Below, one piece after another: positions 7,699 to 8,385 of a stretch of DNA of 8,385 bases. The notes beneath the pieces are model-generated. The model saw nothing but the letters and a program-made list of their open reading frames with translations, searched no databases and was not told where the DNA came from. Origin of the DNA: Octopus sinensis (taxonomy: Eukaryota); NCBI RefSeq assembly GCF_006345805.1, contig NW_021828440.1, positions 1 through 8,385 on the forward strand. Reading direction: 5' to 3'. How positions within the stretch are numbered: the stretch's first letter is position 1; every line of letters begins with the position of its first letter. The position numbers and the translations under genes are program-made.

Positions 7699-7803
7699 CC
7701 CTGCTGTTGATGTTGAAATTCCAATGAAGGAAACTTGGATCTAGGTTAGAAACATGTTCTTTCTCTATTTGCAAAAAATCTAGAAATAAACTGAATAATG
7801 ACA
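7699..7803 (+). mobile_element. ~100-bp retroelement 3'-end fragment, copy B, with (CATA)/(CA) tail
   Basis: Homologous to 4260-4363; AATAAA-like motif then microsatellite tail. Confidence 0.6.
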
Positions 7804-8111
7804 TACATACATACACACATACACACACACACACACACACTAGTATATATACTTGTATACATTTACTCACATACATATATACAGATATACGTACATAGTG
7901 AAATACACGCACGTATGTATGTATGTATGTATGTATGTATGTATGTATGTATATATGTGTGGATGCATGTATGTATGTATGTATGAATGAATGTATATAT
8001 GTGTGTGTGTGTTTATGTATGCGTGTATATATAAATATATATATATGTATATGTGTATATATATATGTAAAAGCGTACGTACAAACACACGGGCGCAGGC
8101 ACACATATATT

Positions 8112-8142
<31 letters not shown>

Positions 8143-8165
8143 CATCCATACACACATATACACAC
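7804..8165. repeat. Compound (CA)n/(TATG)n/(TA)n low-complexity tract
   Basis: Direct reading. Confidence 0.9.
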
Positions 8166-8322
8166 AGTTGATGATGTCTATTTATAAACTTTCAGTTTGC
8201 CTCATTAACTGAACTCGTTTCTATTTTCATTTTCTTTTTTTTTTATATATTATTTTCGACTTATTTACTTGATCGTCCGTCTTTAATGTCTTTCTAGATC
8301 ATTTAGGTTGTTTGTTGATAGA

Positions 8323-8385
8323 CATGATGATGATGTTGATGATGATGATGATGATGATAATGATGATGATGATCATGATGATGAT
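8323..8385. repeat. (GAT)n microsatellite
   Basis: Direct reading; runs to the window end. Confidence 0.93.

Noticed and set aside
207-8212. ORFs rich in MYVC, IYLS, HT or CV repeats as protein-coding genes
   Set aside because: They are translations of (TATG)n, (GATA)n and (CA)n microsatellites, which lack stops in several frames.

Overview
AT-rich, microsatellite-dense eukaryotic non-coding DNA. The repeat landscape resembles an octopus/cephalopod genome (inference from recalled repeats, not checked). No intact protein-coding gene is supported; most listed ORFs are translations of simple repeats. The main result is a tandem array of five ~471-bp units plus a ~40-bp partial unit (1676-4071). 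Each full unit carries a type I hammerhead ribozyme fold on the + strand (stem I GTTCTG/CAGAAC, CTGACGA, stem II with GCAA loop, GAAA, palindromic stem III, AUA cleavage site). This is the architecture of a non-LTR retrozyme expected to yield ~470-nt self-cleaved, possibly circular, RNAs. The array sits inside the internal (TA)n tract of a tRNA-derived SINE and splits it in two. Also present: two probable relics of Penelope-type minimal hammerheads, a LINE-like 3' end inside a (GATA)n tract, a Helitron-like element, a near-perfect foldback/MITE, two copies of a ~100-bp retroelement 3' end, and a decayed restriction-like-endonuclease (R4/NeSL-type) LINE C-terminus.
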